A stretch of DNA of 64,000 bases from Bdellovibrio sp. (GCA_036677065.1 JAKFBS010000001.1:544001-608000); one strand, 5' to 3'. Counted from the stretch's first letter, positions 18,338 through 29,340 are shown. The notes: a model not told the origin generated them from the sequence alone. Made by a program: numbers and translations.

Positions 18338-20494
18338 ATGGCCTTCTTAAAAAACTTAATAAAAATCAGTGTTTTCAGTTTTTTAATTTTTGCCGGTTTG
18401 CAAGCGAACGCGGCCGACAAATGTGCTGGCGCTGATAAAGCAAAATATTTAAAGGCGGGAAGTTTTGAGTCTGCTCCTGGCCAAAGAATTATTCGCTTCA
18501 AACAATTAAGAGATGATTTAAAGGGTGCCTTAGAAAAAGGTGAAGCCGATCGTTCGCAATGTTTATATGATCTTTATGATAAATCGGCGCAGGACGAAGC
18601 CGGATTTTGGCAAGCCAAAGCGGCGGCTGAAGGTTGCGATTTAGAAAATCCAAAAGAGTGTCCGGATCCAGAGACGCCGCGCAGTTTAAAATTTTTAGAG
18701 AACATCCATAAAGAACTAGAAGCTGATTTAAAAGAAGACATCGCAAAAATTCCAGCAACAGAAGCAGCAGCAGCGGCTGAATGTAATGATTGCGAAGTGA
18801 ATTCAGACTTAGAAGATCAAGCAGCTCTTGCCGATTACTTAAAGCACGATCAATGTTGCGGATCTAAGGATGCTAAAACGGATGGAGAAATGGGCGTTGT
18901 GCGCGAACGTTACGCTGGTATTTCTTATAATCAATGTTTAGCTAAAACAGATAAGAATGCTAAAGCGAGCGGACTGCAAACGGCAGGCTCTTGTATTGCT
19001 GGTTTAGTGATGAGCGTATTTAAAGGTATGTTTGATGGCGTAGTTGGCTTTTTCAAATTGCCTGGAGAACTTATCGCAGCCCGTGCTCAAATTTGGGCGA
19101 TTATCACAGATTCAGATGAACGTGCAAAATTCTTCGAGCACATTAAAAATTCGCTTTTAGAGTTCATCGGTGTTCAAAGTGGTGATTTAACAAACTGTTT
19201 AAATGCTGAAGCGAAAACGAAAATGTACTGCGAAAATGCTGGCGAAGTTATCGGTTTCTTAGCATCACCTGCGTTGATCGGAAATATTTTTAAAATCGCA
19301 AAACTTGGCGTTAAGGCTGCAGCTGCAGCCATGAAAACGAGCTTAGCATCGACTGCAAAAGGTGCAAGAATGCTAGCGAAAATGAGTAAGGTTGTGAAAG
19401 CGGCTGAAACTGTCGGCGGTAAAACTAAAGCCATCGCAAGTAAAGTCGGAAAAAGTGCTAAATTAGTCGGTATGACAGTGCAGACTTCAAGAATTGCAAA
19501 AACTATCGTGAAGTTAGGCTCGCCGTTTACTCGCGGGGCTGTGAGCGCTTACAAAACTCTCGCTCCAATAGCAAGAGTGGGTGGAAAAATTATTGCGTTA
19601 CCAAGTAACATTACTAATAAGGCGATTATTGCCGGTTTCAATGCTGGCCAAAAAGTTGTTGCCAACATCGCAGCGAAAAAAGGGGCACAAGTTATTACAG
19701 CAAGTGCAGTAGCAGCTCCAGGTGTTGCAGGTGCTGTGGATGATGCGGCCGCTGCTGCTGGAAAAGCTACAACGGCTCCGCCAACAATGGCGCATGGTGC
19801 ACCACTTGAACCAGTTACGCCGACTTCAATATCGGGTAAACCAACTACAATTCAAGTTGAAGCAAGATCATCAGGAGGAGATGCAGCTGGTGGAAATTCG
19901 AAAACTATCAGTTATCCAACTGGTTCAACTCCAGCTCCTGCAGCAGGTAATCCGTACGTGGGAACACCAGCTCGTAATTTAAGAGTGAACTTATCAGGTA
20001 CAAACTCACAGCTTGCGCGTATTGAGCAGCAACTTGCGGCAAATCCAGCAGATGCAGCACTTCTGCAAAGACAAAGTGATCTGTTGGCTAAAAAATCATT
20101 GCTTGATGAAGCGTTAGCTCCGAAGCCCGCAGCACCTACTGCGGTAGATAAAGTTAAAGATGGTTCTATTAAATTATTTCAAGGCGCTCCGAAAGAAGTA
20201 GCGACAACACCGCAAGTAAAAGCTGCGGAAAGAAATATTCAAACGCGTTCAAAACGTGGCGGCGAAGCTCAGGCTAAAACTTACATCGCTGGCGAAAGAG
20301 AACGTTTGAATGGTTTACTTTCTAAGTACGACCAAGAATTAAATGCTGTTAAAGGTGAAGCTGCGGCAGCTCGCCCTGCGAAAGAAAAAGTAATTCAAGA
20401 TAAAATGAGAGATGCTCGTCAGCGCTTAGATGCTCTAGAAAAAGCTGAAAGAAATCTTCAATACCGCCAATGGGAAGCTCAAGAAGCTGGATAG
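18338..20494 (+). CDS. Large secreted hypothetical protein (Cys-rich N-terminus, hydrophobic Ala/Gly/Lys middle, coiled-coil C-terminus)
   Basis: 718-aa ORF with signal peptide and modular composition. Confidence 0.8.
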   Translation: MAFLKNLIKISVFSFLIFAGLQANAADKCAGADKAKYLKAGSFESAPGQRIIRFKQLRDDLKGALEKGEADRSQCLYDLYDKSAQDEAGFWQAKAAAEGCDLENPKECPDPETPRSLKFLENIHKELEADLKEDIAKIPATEAAAAAECNDCEVNSDLEDQAALADYLKHDQCCGSKDAKTDGEMGVVRERYAGISYNQCLAKTDKNAKASGLQTAGSCIAGLVMSVFKGMFDGVVGFFKLPGELIAARAQIWAIITDSDERAKFFEHIKNSLLEFIGVQSGDLTNCLNAEAKTKMYCENAGEVIGFLASPALIGNIFKIAKLGVKAAAAAMKTSLASTAKGARMLAKMSKVVKAAETVGGKTKAIASKVGKSAKLVGMTVQTSRIAKTIVKLGSPFTRGAVSAYKTLAPIARVGGKIIALPSNITNKAIIAGFNAGQKVVANIAAKKGAQVITASAVAAPGVAGAVDDAAAAAGKATTAPPTMAHGAPLEPVTPTSISGKPTTIQVEARSSGGDAAGGNSKTISYPTGSTPAPAAGNPYVGTPARNLRVNLSGTNSQLARIEQQLAANPADAALLQRQSDLLAKKSLLDEALAPKPAAPTAVDKVKDGSIKLFQGAPKEVATTPQVKAAERNIQTRSKRGGEAQAKTYIAGERERLNGLLSKYDQELNAVKGEAAAARPAKEKVIQDKMRDARQRLDALEKAERNLQYRQWEAQEAG

Positions 20495-20523
20495 ATTTTT
20501 AAGAGTTCTGCTATAGGGGCAAA

Positions 20524-21249
20524 ATGAAACAATTAACTTTATTGATTATTATCATTTTGACCTCTTTGTTTACGAATACTTATGTATTCGCTAAAGAAAA
20601 ATTAAAATACAGATATGAAGGCAATGATAAAATACTAAAATATAACGGAATTATCTTTCGTGCTGATAAATCTGTTTCTGACTTAGTTATTTTACGGTCG
20701 CATGCAATCATCGATGCGATGCTCGCAAATGATGAATATATGCGAAGACAGCTAACTGAAATGGATTTTCAGATTAATTTTACACCATCAGGTGGAAAAA
20801 TAACGGATGTCGATAACTATGCTGAATTCAAAGGTAAAAAAGTAAAGTTTAAGACTTCACCATCGGGCAGCGGAAATTTTGAAGATCAGGTTGCTGGCCT
20901 AGCTGAATTTCATCAACTGATCGTTCCTGAAGATGATCTAGGCGGGATAGGTAAAGGGCGGATCATGGTGCATGAGTTCGCGCATGCTATTCATTTTTAC
21001 ATGCCCCAAGATGAACAACGACAAATTAGTAAAGCTTTTGAAAACGCCCGACGTAAGAGGCTGTATGCACCGAATTTATATATCAATGAGAATTCATTCG
21101 AGTATTGGGCCGAATCTACGACAGCTTGGTTTAATGTCCAATGGAAGTCTCGTTCAGATGGGATTAATACGCGCAAAGCTCTAGAGGACCACGATCCAGA
21201 GATTTCAAAAATATTAAAAAAAATCTATGGTGATTCAAAGTTTCCGTAA
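20524..21249 (+). CDS. Secreted zinc metallopeptidase, anthrax lethal factor/Pro-Pro endopeptidase-like
   Basis: Signal peptide; HEFAH followed by Y...N..EYWAE and L..HDP, the zincin arrangement of ATLF/MtfA-like proteases. Confidence 0.75.
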   Translation: MKQLTLLIIIILTSLFTNTYVFAKEKLKYRYEGNDKILKYNGIIFRADKSVSDLVILRSHAIIDAMLANDEYMRRQLTEMDFQINFTPSGGKITDVDNYAEFKGKKVKFKTSPSGSGNFEDQVAGLAEFHQLIVPEDDLGGIGKGRIMVHEFAHAIHFYMPQDEQRQISKAFENARRKRLYAPNLYINENSFEYWAESTTAWFNVQWKSRSDGINTRKALEDHDPEISKILKKIYGDSKFP

Positions 21250-21336
21250 GGGCGCCAAAAATGCAAAAAGCTTCAGGTGGATAACCTGATTAAAAGTATT
21301 TAGTAATCTAGATTCTGTACGTTAATTCCTAGAAAT

Positions 21337-21367
21337 AAAAAACCCACATTTTTTAGATGTGGGTTTT
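21337..21367. terminator. Intrinsic terminator downstream of icd
   Basis: AAAAAACCCACAT-N7-ATGTGGGTTTT. Confidence 0.75.
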
Positions 21368-21405
21368 GAAGATGGAACGCTGCTCCCCAAAAAGGGACGG
21401 CCTAC

Positions 21406-22635
21406 CTATAGAGTCATAGCTTTTTTTAGATTCGAATCGATTTTATCTAAGAATGGCTCTGTGTTCATGTACTTATCAGTAGGAACTTTATCGCCGTAGA
21501 TGCAAACCGCTAAATCTTTTGTCATGAAACCAGCTTCAACTGTTTCAACACATACTTTTTCTAAAGTTTGTGCGAATTTAGCTAAAGGTGGATTGTTATC
21601 AAGTTTAGCTCTGTGCTCAAGACCACGAGTCCAAGCAAAGATTGATGCGATTGGATTTGTCGAAGTTGGTTTACCTTGTTGGTGCATACGGTAGTGACGA
21701 GTCACTGTTCCGTGAGCGGCTTCTGATTCCATTGTTTTACCATCTGGAGTGATTAATACAGAAGTCATTAAACCTAAAGAACCAAAACCTTGTGCAACAG
21801 TATCAGACTGAACGTCGCCATCGTAGTTCTTACAAGCCCATACGAAGTTACCGTTCCATTTAAGAGCTGAAGCCACCATGTCATCAATTAGGCGATGTTC
21901 ATATGTGATACCAGCAGCATCAAATTGAGTTTTGAATTCAGTTTGGTAAATGTTTTCAAAAATATCTTTAAAACGACCATCATATTTTTTAAGGATCGTG
22001 TTTTTAGTTGATAAGTATAAAGGCCATTTTTTAGTTAATGCCTGGTTAAAGCAAGAGCGCGCAAAACCTGTGATTGATTCATCAGTGTTGTACATAGCCA
22101 TTGCGATACCATCACCTTTGAAGTTGTAAACTTCGTGAGTGATCGTGTCGCCGCCACCTTCAGGTTGAAAAGTAATAGTTAATTTACCTTTACCTTTAGT
22201 TACGAAATCAGTTGCGCGGTATTGATCGCCGAATGCGTGACGACCGATGCAGATTGGCGCTGTCCAGTTAGGAACTAAACGAGGCACGTTTGCGCAAAGG
22301 ATTGGTTCGCGAAACACTGTACCATCAAGGATGTTACGGATTGTTCCGTTTGGTGATTTCCACATTTGTTTTAATTTGAATTCAGTTACGCGTTGTTCAT
22401 CAGGAGTGATTGTCGCGCACTTGATACCGACGTTGTACTTTTTGATCGCTTCAGCAGCGTCAACAGTGACTTGATCGTTAGTTTGGTCACGGTATTCCAT
22501 GCCTAAGTCATAATATTTAATGTCGATATCTAGGTAAGGTAGGATTAATTTATCTTTGATAAATTTCCAGATGATTCTTGTCATTTCATCGCCATCTAGC
22601 TCAACCACTGGGTTAGCTACTTTGATCTTTTGCAT
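21406..22635 (-). CDS. icd: NADP-dependent isocitrate dehydrogenase
   Basis: [36 protein letters not shown] and [12 protein letters not shown] motifs. Confidence 0.98.
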   Translation of the reverse strand: MQKIKVANPVVELDGDEMTRIIWKFIKDKLILPYLDIDIKYYDLGMEYRDQTNDQVTVDAAEAIKKYNVGIKCATITPDEQRVTEFKLKQMWKSPNGTIRNILDGTVFREPILCANVPRLVPNWTAPICIGRHAFGDQYRATDFVTKGKGKLTITFQPEGGGDTITHEVYNFKGDGIAMAMYNTDESITGFARSCFNQALTKKWPLYLSTKNTILKKYDGRFKDIFENIYQTEFKTQFDAAGITYEHRLIDDMVASALKWNGNFVWACKNYDGDVQSDTVAQGFGSLGLMTSVLITPDGKTMESEAAHGTVTRHYRMHQQGKPTSTNPIASIFAWTRGLEHRAKLDNNPPLAKFAQTLEKVCVETVEAGFMTKDLAVCIYGDKVPTDKYMNTEPFLDKIDSNLKKAMTL

Positions 22636-22719
22636 GTGAACTCCTATTTAATTTTTAATGCGGGTTTTAATATAGGATTTCTTTCGCGTTTAGGCACGTC
22701 CTAATGCTATGTTCATAGA

Positions 22720-23760
22720 GTGAAAAAAGACACTCCTCTCATTAAGGTTTCAGGACTTCCAACTTTAGCGCAGGTTTCGCACCCCGAACGCCAATCTGTG
22801 GTGGTTTTTGACCGTATTTTGCTAAAAAACAAAGCTTTTAAAAAATGGATTGCCCAATTTGACCTCGCTCTGCCAGTTCAAGCCGGGGAGTCGTTAAAAA
22901 CTGTGCAACGTTACGCGCAGGTTTTGAATCAGCTACAAACTTGGCAAAAACAAAATCTGATTACCAAGAAGCTACAGTTTGTTGCGATCGGTGGCGGATC
23001 AGTTGGCGATTTCACCGGATTTCTGGCTTCGACTTATCAACGGGGCTGTCCGTTGGTGCAAATTCCTTCAACGTGGCTTGCAGCTGTAGATTCAGCCCAT
23101 GGTGGTAAGAACGGTTTAAATTTAAACCACACAAAAAATCAAATCGGAACTATATACCCAGCCGATAAAATTATTTTATCTAAAGAATTATTGCTGAATC
23201 AGCCCGAAGATCGTTTAACTGAAGCTTTCGGCGAGATTATTAAAATCTGTCTGATCAATCAGCCAAAACTTTATAATCAAATTCAATTCACTGAAAAATT
23301 TGTCTGGAATAACTTAGAAAAATTTATTTCAGCAAAAATGCAGGTTGTACATAAAGACCCTTTTGAAAAAACAGGCTACCGTCATATTTTAAATTTAGGT
23401 CATACTATGGGGCATGTGTATGAATCAGCTCTGGGCTTATCGCATGGTAAAGCCGTTTTAATGGGAATGATTTTTTCTGCGCGCTGGAGTTTTCACCTTG
23501 GCAAGCTTTCGCAAAAGAACTTTATTCAATTAGCTCAGTTAATTACCGATATGCCTCACGGCGAATTGGATTTTGCAAAAGCGCATAAGATTTCAAAACA
23601 AAAAATCGAAAGTGCGCTTCGTCAGGATAAAAAATCCGTAGCTGCAAAAGAAAAATCATTACGTTTTATCTTTATTAAAAAACCAGGTGATGTGTTCGTG
23701 GCTGAAAAGAAAGTCAGCGATATCGTTGCTGAATTTGAACGCCAAAGGTTTCACGTATGA
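22720..23760 (+). CDS. aroB: 3-dehydroquinate synthase
   Basis: GESLKT, GGGSVGD.TGF.ASTYQRG, VDSAHGGKNG and LNLGHTMGH motifs. Confidence 0.93.
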   Translation: MKKDTPLIKVSGLPTLAQVSHPERQSVVVFDRILLKNKAFKKWIAQFDLALPVQAGESLKTVQRYAQVLNQLQTWQKQNLITKKLQFVAIGGGSVGDFTGFLASTYQRGCPLVQIPSTWLAAVDSAHGGKNGLNLNHTKNQIGTIYPADKIILSKELLLNQPEDRLTEAFGEIIKICLINQPKLYNQIQFTEKFVWNNLEKFISAKMQVVHKDPFEKTGYRHILNLGHTMGHVYESALGLSHGKAVLMGMIFSARWSFHLGKLSQKNFIQLAQLITDMPHGELDFAKAHKISKQKIESALRQDKKSVAAKEKSLRFIFIKKPGDVFVAEKKVSDIVAEFERQRFHV

Positions 23761-24935
23761 GTTTTTCATTTACTGGAAGCTTAGACATTTCAAAATCCTG
23801 GATGAATCGGGCACTTATTCTTAGATCATACCAGCCAGAATTAGAAATTATCGGAAGCTCTAAGGCTGATGATGTTCAGCTTCTGGAGAAATGCCTAGCC
23901 GACCTTAAAGAAGGTAAAAAAGAATTCTACGTTGGCTTTGGTGGCACGACGTTTCGCTTTTTTGCTTTACGCGCATCACGTGAAATCGGCTATTTCGTTA
24001 TTCATGGTGAAAAGAAATTATTTTCACGTCCACAAGATGAGTTAATCAAAATTTTAAAGCAAGTTGGCGTTACAGCCACTTTTAATACTGATAAAACTGA
24101 GTTTCATATTGAAAGCAAGGGCTGGCGCTCAGACGAAGACTGTTTAGCCCTGTCTGTTGATTCAAGTGAATCAAGCCAGTTTCTAACTTCGGTGCTATTA
24201 AATTCAGTGCATTTGCCGTTTGATTTACAAATTGAAACGTCAAAAGTAACTTCAGAAAGTTATTTTAATTACACGCAAAGAATGATGGCCAGTTACGGTT
24301 TTGCGATTGATGATTTATTTATTTCTAGATCGCAAAAACTTCGGCCGCAAACGATTCAAGGCGAAGTGGATGTCAGTTCATTTGCAAGCCTTGCCGCAGC
24401 TGCAGTCTTAGGTGGAAAAGTTCATTTAACTAACTGGAATAAGTTTTCAGTGCAACCTGATATGGAATTTGTCGCTTTTTTTAAACGCATGGCGATCAAA
24501 TTTATCACTGAAGAAAATAATTTTTATATTTCTGAACAAAGACAATGGTCATCGTTAAAAGCAAATTTTGAACGCTGTCCAGATTTATTTCCGGTGATGG
24601 CGGTGTTATGCGCTTTCGCTGAAGGCAGCAGTCATTTATTTGGGGCGCATCAGTTAGTGCATAAAGAATCAAACCGCTTAGAAAAAACTTTTGAATTATT
24701 ACAGCGCTGTGGTTTTGCAGTTGAGAAACTGGAAGACGGTTTAAAGATTCATGGCAATCCCGTCGCTAAGTACCGGCACAAAGATTTAATTCAATTTAAT
24801 CCAGATCATGATCACCGTATGGCTTTTGCCGCAAGACTTCTGCAGTTAAAAGGTTTTCCAGTGCAGATCACTGATCCTGATGTGATTAACAAGAGTTATC
24901 CGCAGTTTTACCAACATACGGGATTAGAAGTATGA
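23757..24935 (+). CDS. aroA: EPSP synthase
   Basis: SKSWMNRAL, GGTTFRF, ESSQF, KESNRL and DHRMA motifs. Confidence 0.92.
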   Translation: MSFSFTGSLDISKSWMNRALILRSYQPELEIIGSSKADDVQLLEKCLADLKEGKKEFYVGFGGTTFRFFALRASREIGYFVIHGEKKLFSRPQDELIKILKQVGVTATFNTDKTEFHIESKGWRSDEDCLALSVDSSESSQFLTSVLLNSVHLPFDLQIETSKVTSESYFNYTQRMMASYGFAIDDLFISRSQKLRPQTIQGEVDVSSFASLAAAAVLGGKVHLTNWNKFSVQPDMEFVAFFKRMAIKFITEENNFYISEQRQWSSLKANFERCPDLFPVMAVLCAFAEGSSHLFGAHQLVHKESNRLEKTFELLQRCGFAVEKLEDGLKIHGNPVAKYRHKDLIQFNPDHDHRMAFAARLLQLKGFPVQITDPDVINKSYPQFYQHTGLEV

Positions 24936-26662
24936 AGAGAATCCTCATCGGCCACCGCGGCGTGGGTAAATCATCATTGTTAGAACGACATGAAGAGTAT
25001 TTTCCAGAAACTCCATGCAAAGATTTAGATGCCGTCATCACTGAAAAAGAAAACCAAGCGGTGAGCGATATTTTTAGTTCTCGCGGTGAAGCGGCTTTTC
25101 GCGAGTTAGAAAAAAAATATTTTCTTGAATTGATCACGAGCCCAAATTACTGCATTTCTGTTGGTGCAGGTTTTAATACAGAACTATTGCCTGCAGATGC
25201 AGAAATTGTTTATGTCAGCCGTAGAACTGATTCTGATGGCCGTATTTTTTTAAATCGTCCACGTCTTAACCCAGAAGTCTCAGCTTTAGCCGAATCTATT
25301 CAGCGCTATCAGGCCCGCGAGCCCGGCTTTAGGAAAGTGGCGTCATGGGTTTATCATTTGCCTGAAGGTTTATGCGAAAGTGATGAATTTGAAGAAGCGA
25401 TTTTTAAAAAAGATTTTAAAATCGAGCATGCTTATTACACGCTAGCTAACGAGCAAGAAATCAAACTTTGGCCTAATTTAGATAAATTTGAATTACGCAC
25501 GGATGTTTTTAAAATTGAAGATATTAAACGCATCACTGAAAGTTACACAGATAAACGCTTTATAGTTTCAGTCAGATCACAAATTACGGCTTTAGAGCTT
25601 CGTGGCTTAAAAGTAGATTGGGCCCTTGAGTGCGGGCCAATACCAGCAAATGTAAATGCACAGATTATTTCACTTCATGAAGGTGATTTTGTTCAGGCGC
25701 TGACTTTGATGCAGCAACAGCCTGAAGGTAAACATTTAAAATTTTGTCCGGTCATCAACTCTTGGGATGAATTAATCATTGGTTATCAATGGCAACAAGA
25801 TGATCCTAAAAATCGCAGTTTTTTGCCACGTTCGCCTGAAGGTGTAAAAAGCCGTTGGCGTTGGTTCAGAAATCTATCTTGGACAAAACAAAAGATTAAT
25901 TTTGTTCAAGGTTTAAAAGACTTTGATGATCAGCCAAGTATTTATGAATATTTATTAAGTCAGAATCCGAATAAACATTTTGGCGCAGTTCTGGGTGATC
26001 CAATTCATCATTCACGAACGCCGGCGACCCAAGGCCCGAACATGCAAGATTACGGAATGATTTTAGCCGTGCCATTAAGTGAAGAAGATTTCACGCAAGG
26101 AATTTCATTCTTGCAAGAGCTGGGTTTACAATTTGCAGCCGTCACTTCACCGTTAAAATTAAAAGCCGCAGAGTTAATTGGCGCCAGCCAAACTGATATG
26201 GGCATTAATTCACTCTATTTTCAACATTTACACTGGGCAGGAATCTCAAGTGATGCCGATGGTTTTGAAACCATGGTTGAAGAATCTGATATTCCTGATT
26301 TGAAAAAATTAAATATCGCCATCTGGGGTGGTGGTGGTGTGATCAGTGCTTTAAAAGAAGTGCTGCCGCAAGCCGTAGAATATTCAGCGCGCACAGGTGA
26401 GCGCCGTGATCAAAAAAATGATCCTGCATTTGTACCGGATGTTGTTGTCTGGGCAGCGCCTAGAGCTGATGGTGTGCAATTACCGCCGAAAGATTGGCAG
26501 CCGAAATATATTTTAGATTTAAATTATGTCGAAAATTCAATGGGACTTGAATATGCACAACGGGAATCAAAAGCTGTGTATTTTTCAGGTTTAGAAATGT
26601 TTTATGCCCAAGCGAAAAAACAATTTAAGTTTTGGGCTAAATACTTAATGGCGGAAGGGTAA
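24932..26662 (+). CDS. Fused shikimate kinase / type I dehydroquinase-like / shikimate dehydrogenase
   Basis: GHRGVGKS P-loop and GEAAFRELE (AroK); FELRTD, IISLH, LKF (AroD-like); GDPIHHSRTP, VTSPLK, SDADGF, GGGG (AroE). Confidence 0.8.
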   Translation: MKRILIGHRGVGKSSLLERHEEYFPETPCKDLDAVITEKENQAVSDIFSSRGEAAFRELEKKYFLELITSPNYCISVGAGFNTELLPADAEIVYVSRRTDSDGRIFLNRPRLNPEVSALAESIQRYQAREPGFRKVASWVYHLPEGLCESDEFEEAIFKKDFKIEHAYYTLANEQEIKLWPNLDKFELRTDVFKIEDIKRITESYTDKRFIVSVRSQITALELRGLKVDWALECGPIPANVNAQIISLHEGDFVQALTLMQQQPEGKHLKFCPVINSWDELIIGYQWQQDDPKNRSFLPRSPEGVKSRWRWFRNLSWTKQKINFVQGLKDFDDQPSIYEYLLSQNPNKHFGAVLGDPIHHSRTPATQGPNMQDYGMILAVPLSEEDFTQGISFLQELGLQFAAVTSPLKLKAAELIGASQTDMGINSLYFQHLHWAGISSDADGFETMVEESDIPDLKKLNIAIWGGGGVISALKEVLPQAVEYSARTGERRDQKNDPAFVPDVVVWAAPRADGVQLPPKDWQPKYILDLNYVENSMGLEYAQRESKAVYFSGLEMFYAQAKKQFKFWAKYLMAEG

Positions 26663-26669
26663 ACTTTCA

Positions 26670-27638
26670 ATGTCTGCAAATACTTTTGGTCAGCGTTTTC
26701 AAATGATGTCTTTTGGCGAAAGCCACGGTTCAGCTTACGGTGTAGTCATTGATGGCATGCCTGCAGGGGTCAAATACGACGAAGCCTTGTTATTAAAAAA
26801 CTTAAGCCGTCGTAAACCAGGTTCTAGCGCTTTTGTAACAGCTAGAAATGAATCAGACCAGCCAGAAATCTTAAGCGGATTTTTTGAAGGTCAATCACTA
26901 GGAACCCCGATTGCTGTTGTGGTCAGAAACGAAAATCAAAAATCAGCTGATTACGATAAAATTCAAAACGAAGCGCGCATCGGCCATGCTGACGACACGT
27001 GGAAAAACAAATTCGGTCATAGCGATCATCGCGGTGGCGGAAGATCTTCAGGCCGTGAAACATTAAACCGTGTGATCGCGGGAAGTTTTGCGCAAATGCT
27101 GATGACTCAAGTGTCTGCAAATATTCAAGTGATGGCTTACGCAAAAAAAATCGGAAACATTGATATCAAAGAAGCTTCAGCCGAATTACCCAAAGATATT
27201 CAAACGATGTTAGAAAAAGCAAAAACCGAAGGTGAAAGTTACGGCGGCGTTGTTGAATGCCGCATCTCTCAGGCGCCGGCTAATTTAGGCCAACCTGTAT
27301 TTCATAAATTCAAAGCAGACCTTGCTCAAAGCATGATGTCATTAGGAGCAACGACGGGTTTTGAATTAGGAGCCGGTTTTGAAGGTTTAGCTCTTAAAGG
27401 CACTGAGTTTCATGAAAAAATGCTTTCGCAAAATTACGGCGGCATTCGTGGTGGTATCACTACCGGTGAAGACATTGTTTTCAGAGTAGGATTTAAACCG
27501 ACATCATCAATTAAAGATGTGGCTAAAAAAGGCCGTCATGATCCGTGTATTATTCCGCGTGCGATTCCGGTGATTGAAGCCATCTGTTGGCATTTACTAG
27601 CAGATCACTGGTTGTGGAGTCGTACCGACCGCGCCTAG
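26670..27638 (+). CDS. aroC: Chorismate synthase
   Basis: FGESHG, GHAD, RGGGRSSGRET, GGIRGGITTG, FKPTSSI and GRHDPCI motifs. Confidence 0.97.
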   Translation: MSANTFGQRFQMMSFGESHGSAYGVVIDGMPAGVKYDEALLLKNLSRRKPGSSAFVTARNESDQPEILSGFFEGQSLGTPIAVVVRNENQKSADYDKIQNEARIGHADDTWKNKFGHSDHRGGGRSSGRETLNRVIAGSFAQMLMTQVSANIQVMAYAKKIGNIDIKEASAELPKDIQTMLEKAKTEGESYGGVVECRISQAPANLGQPVFHKFKADLAQSMMSLGATTGFELGAGFEGLALKGTEFHEKMLSQNYGGIRGGITTGEDIVFRVGFKPTSSIKDVAKKGRHDPCIIPRAIPVIEAICWHLLADHWLWSRTDRA

Positions 27639-27741
27639 CCAGCCGCGTATAGTGTCGATGTGTAAAAGACTCAGACAATCTAAAGATTCATAAGCTTTTT
27701 ATGAGCTTTAGGGCGGCCTAAAAATCGCTATCAAACAGGAT

Positions 27742-28614
27742 ATGAAAACCCTGACAGCCTTAGTTTTATTAATCTCTGCAACCATCGCTACCAAAGCCAT
27801 GGCTTACGATCAGGCAAAGGCTATCAAAAATTGCGAAATTATCTATAAAACTTATAATGCCTGCGGCAAAGAAATCTCTGTTAAAGGCGAATCTTTTTAC
27901 TTTCCAAAAACTAATGCTTACGTTCGTTGTACCGATGGCCAAGACCTAACTTTTTATCCACGCATGAACAACATGGATATCGCTTCGATTTTGATGGTGC
28001 CGTATCAAACGGGTGAAATTTCATTACCTGAAAAAAGACAAAATAATGATCCTGGCCGTTTACGGTCAGAAGATTTATTAAAAACAGTTTTTGGTGATAG
28101 CGAAGACGCAGTTAGAAATAATTTAGTTCCAATTACTTTCTTAGGCCATAAAATGAAGTTTCAAAAAAAGCTGGGCGCAGCTAAGGCGTTACAAAAAGTT
28201 TCTGATGAAATCGAATTAGCGATGCAATCTGATTCTACAATCAGTGAATTCTTAAAAGATTTCTTATCTAAAAAAGTAAAACCTGGAACTTTCAATTGGC
28301 GTTTAATCGCCGGTACAAACCGTTTATCAACACATTCATTCGGTGTATCGATTGATCTGGTTGTTCCGCAAATCAAAGCCCAGTACTGGTTATGGGATGA
28401 AAAAGCGCGTAATCCTGAATTAGCTAAACAGGGTGAAGTAGCTTATGAAAACATTCATTATATTTCACACAAGACTCCGGTGTTTCACCCAACAGTCGTT
28501 GCGATCTTTGAACGCAACGGATTTATTTGGGGCGGAAAATGGAATCACTACGATACGATGCACTTTGAATATCGCCCAGAGTATTACCCCAATTATAAAA
28601 TTAACTGTCAGTAA
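27742..28614 (+). CDS. Secreted M15 family zinc peptidase (peptidoglycan-active)
   Basis: Signal peptide; WR.IAGTNRLSTHSFGVSID and GFIWGGKWNHYDTMHFEYRPE motifs. Confidence 0.88.
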   Translation: MKTLTALVLLISATIATKAMAYDQAKAIKNCEIIYKTYNACGKEISVKGESFYFPKTNAYVRCTDGQDLTFYPRMNNMDIASILMVPYQTGEISLPEKRQNNDPGRLRSEDLLKTVFGDSEDAVRNNLVPITFLGHKMKFQKKLGAAKALQKVSDEIELAMQSDSTISEFLKDFLSKKVKPGTFNWRLIAGTNRLSTHSFGVSIDLVVPQIKAQYWLWDEKARNPELAKQGEVAYENIHYISHKTPVFHPTVVAIFERNGFIWGGKWNHYDTMHFEYRPEYYPNYKINCQ

Positions 28615-29334
28615 CTACTTAACAGTACCCTTGTAGATGTAAGCAATGCCGAAGCTAACTGAGGTGTAAGACATTTCAGAGAAGCTGCCAGATTTTATCA
28701 TTAAATCAATGAACTGCTCTTTACATGGAAATGCCGCTGATGATTTTTGTAAGTACTCATAAGCATCAGCCTGGCCTGTGACTAAGCCGCCGATTTTAGG
28801 TAATACTTTTTCTGAATAGAAATTATATAAGCCAGAAACAATTGGAAAATCCATTTGTCCGAATTCAAGAACCATAACCTGGCCACCAGGTTTAACCACG
28901 CGGGCTAACTCTTGTAAGGCTTTTACAGGATCATTAACGTTACGAATGCCGAATGAAATTGAAGAGACATCAAATTTTTTATCTTCGAATTGCAATTTTG
29001 TGACATCGGCTAATTCAAAATGAATATCAAGATTTTGGGCTTTAGCTTTTGCCGGAGCTGGATCTAACATTTCTTTGCAGAAATCAGTTCCAACAACTTC
29101 ACCAGTTGAGCCAACTGTTTTTTTAAATTCAATCGCTAGATCACCTGTGCCAGTGGCGCAGTCTAAAACTTTCATTCCCGGTTTAGCGCCACTTAAAGCA
29201 ACTAATTTTTTTCTCCATAAGTGGTGGATGCCTACTGATAAAACTGAATTCGCTTTATCGTATTTAGCGGCCACTTTGGAAAACATTGAGCGGATTTTTT
29301 CTGGGTCGGGAGATTGACGAGTTTGGTTTTGCAT
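28615..29334 (-). CDS. ubiE: Demethylmenaquinone methyltransferase (UbiE/MenG)
   Basis: MFSKVAAKYD..N..LS.GIH.LWR, LDCATGTGD, SFGIRNV and AYEYL motifs. Confidence 0.95.
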   Translation of the reverse strand: MQNQTRQSPDPEKIRSMFSKVAAKYDKANSVLSVGIHHLWRKKLVALSGAKPGMKVLDCATGTGDLAIEFKKTVGSTGEVVGTDFCKEMLDPAPAKAKAQNLDIHFELADVTKLQFEDKKFDVSSISFGIRNVNDPVKALQELARVVKPGGQVMVLEFGQMDFPIVSGLYNFYSEKVLPKIGGLVTGQADAYEYLQKSSAAFPCKEQFIDLMIKSGSFSEMSYTSVSFGIAYIYKGTVK

Positions 29335-29340
29335 AAAGTT

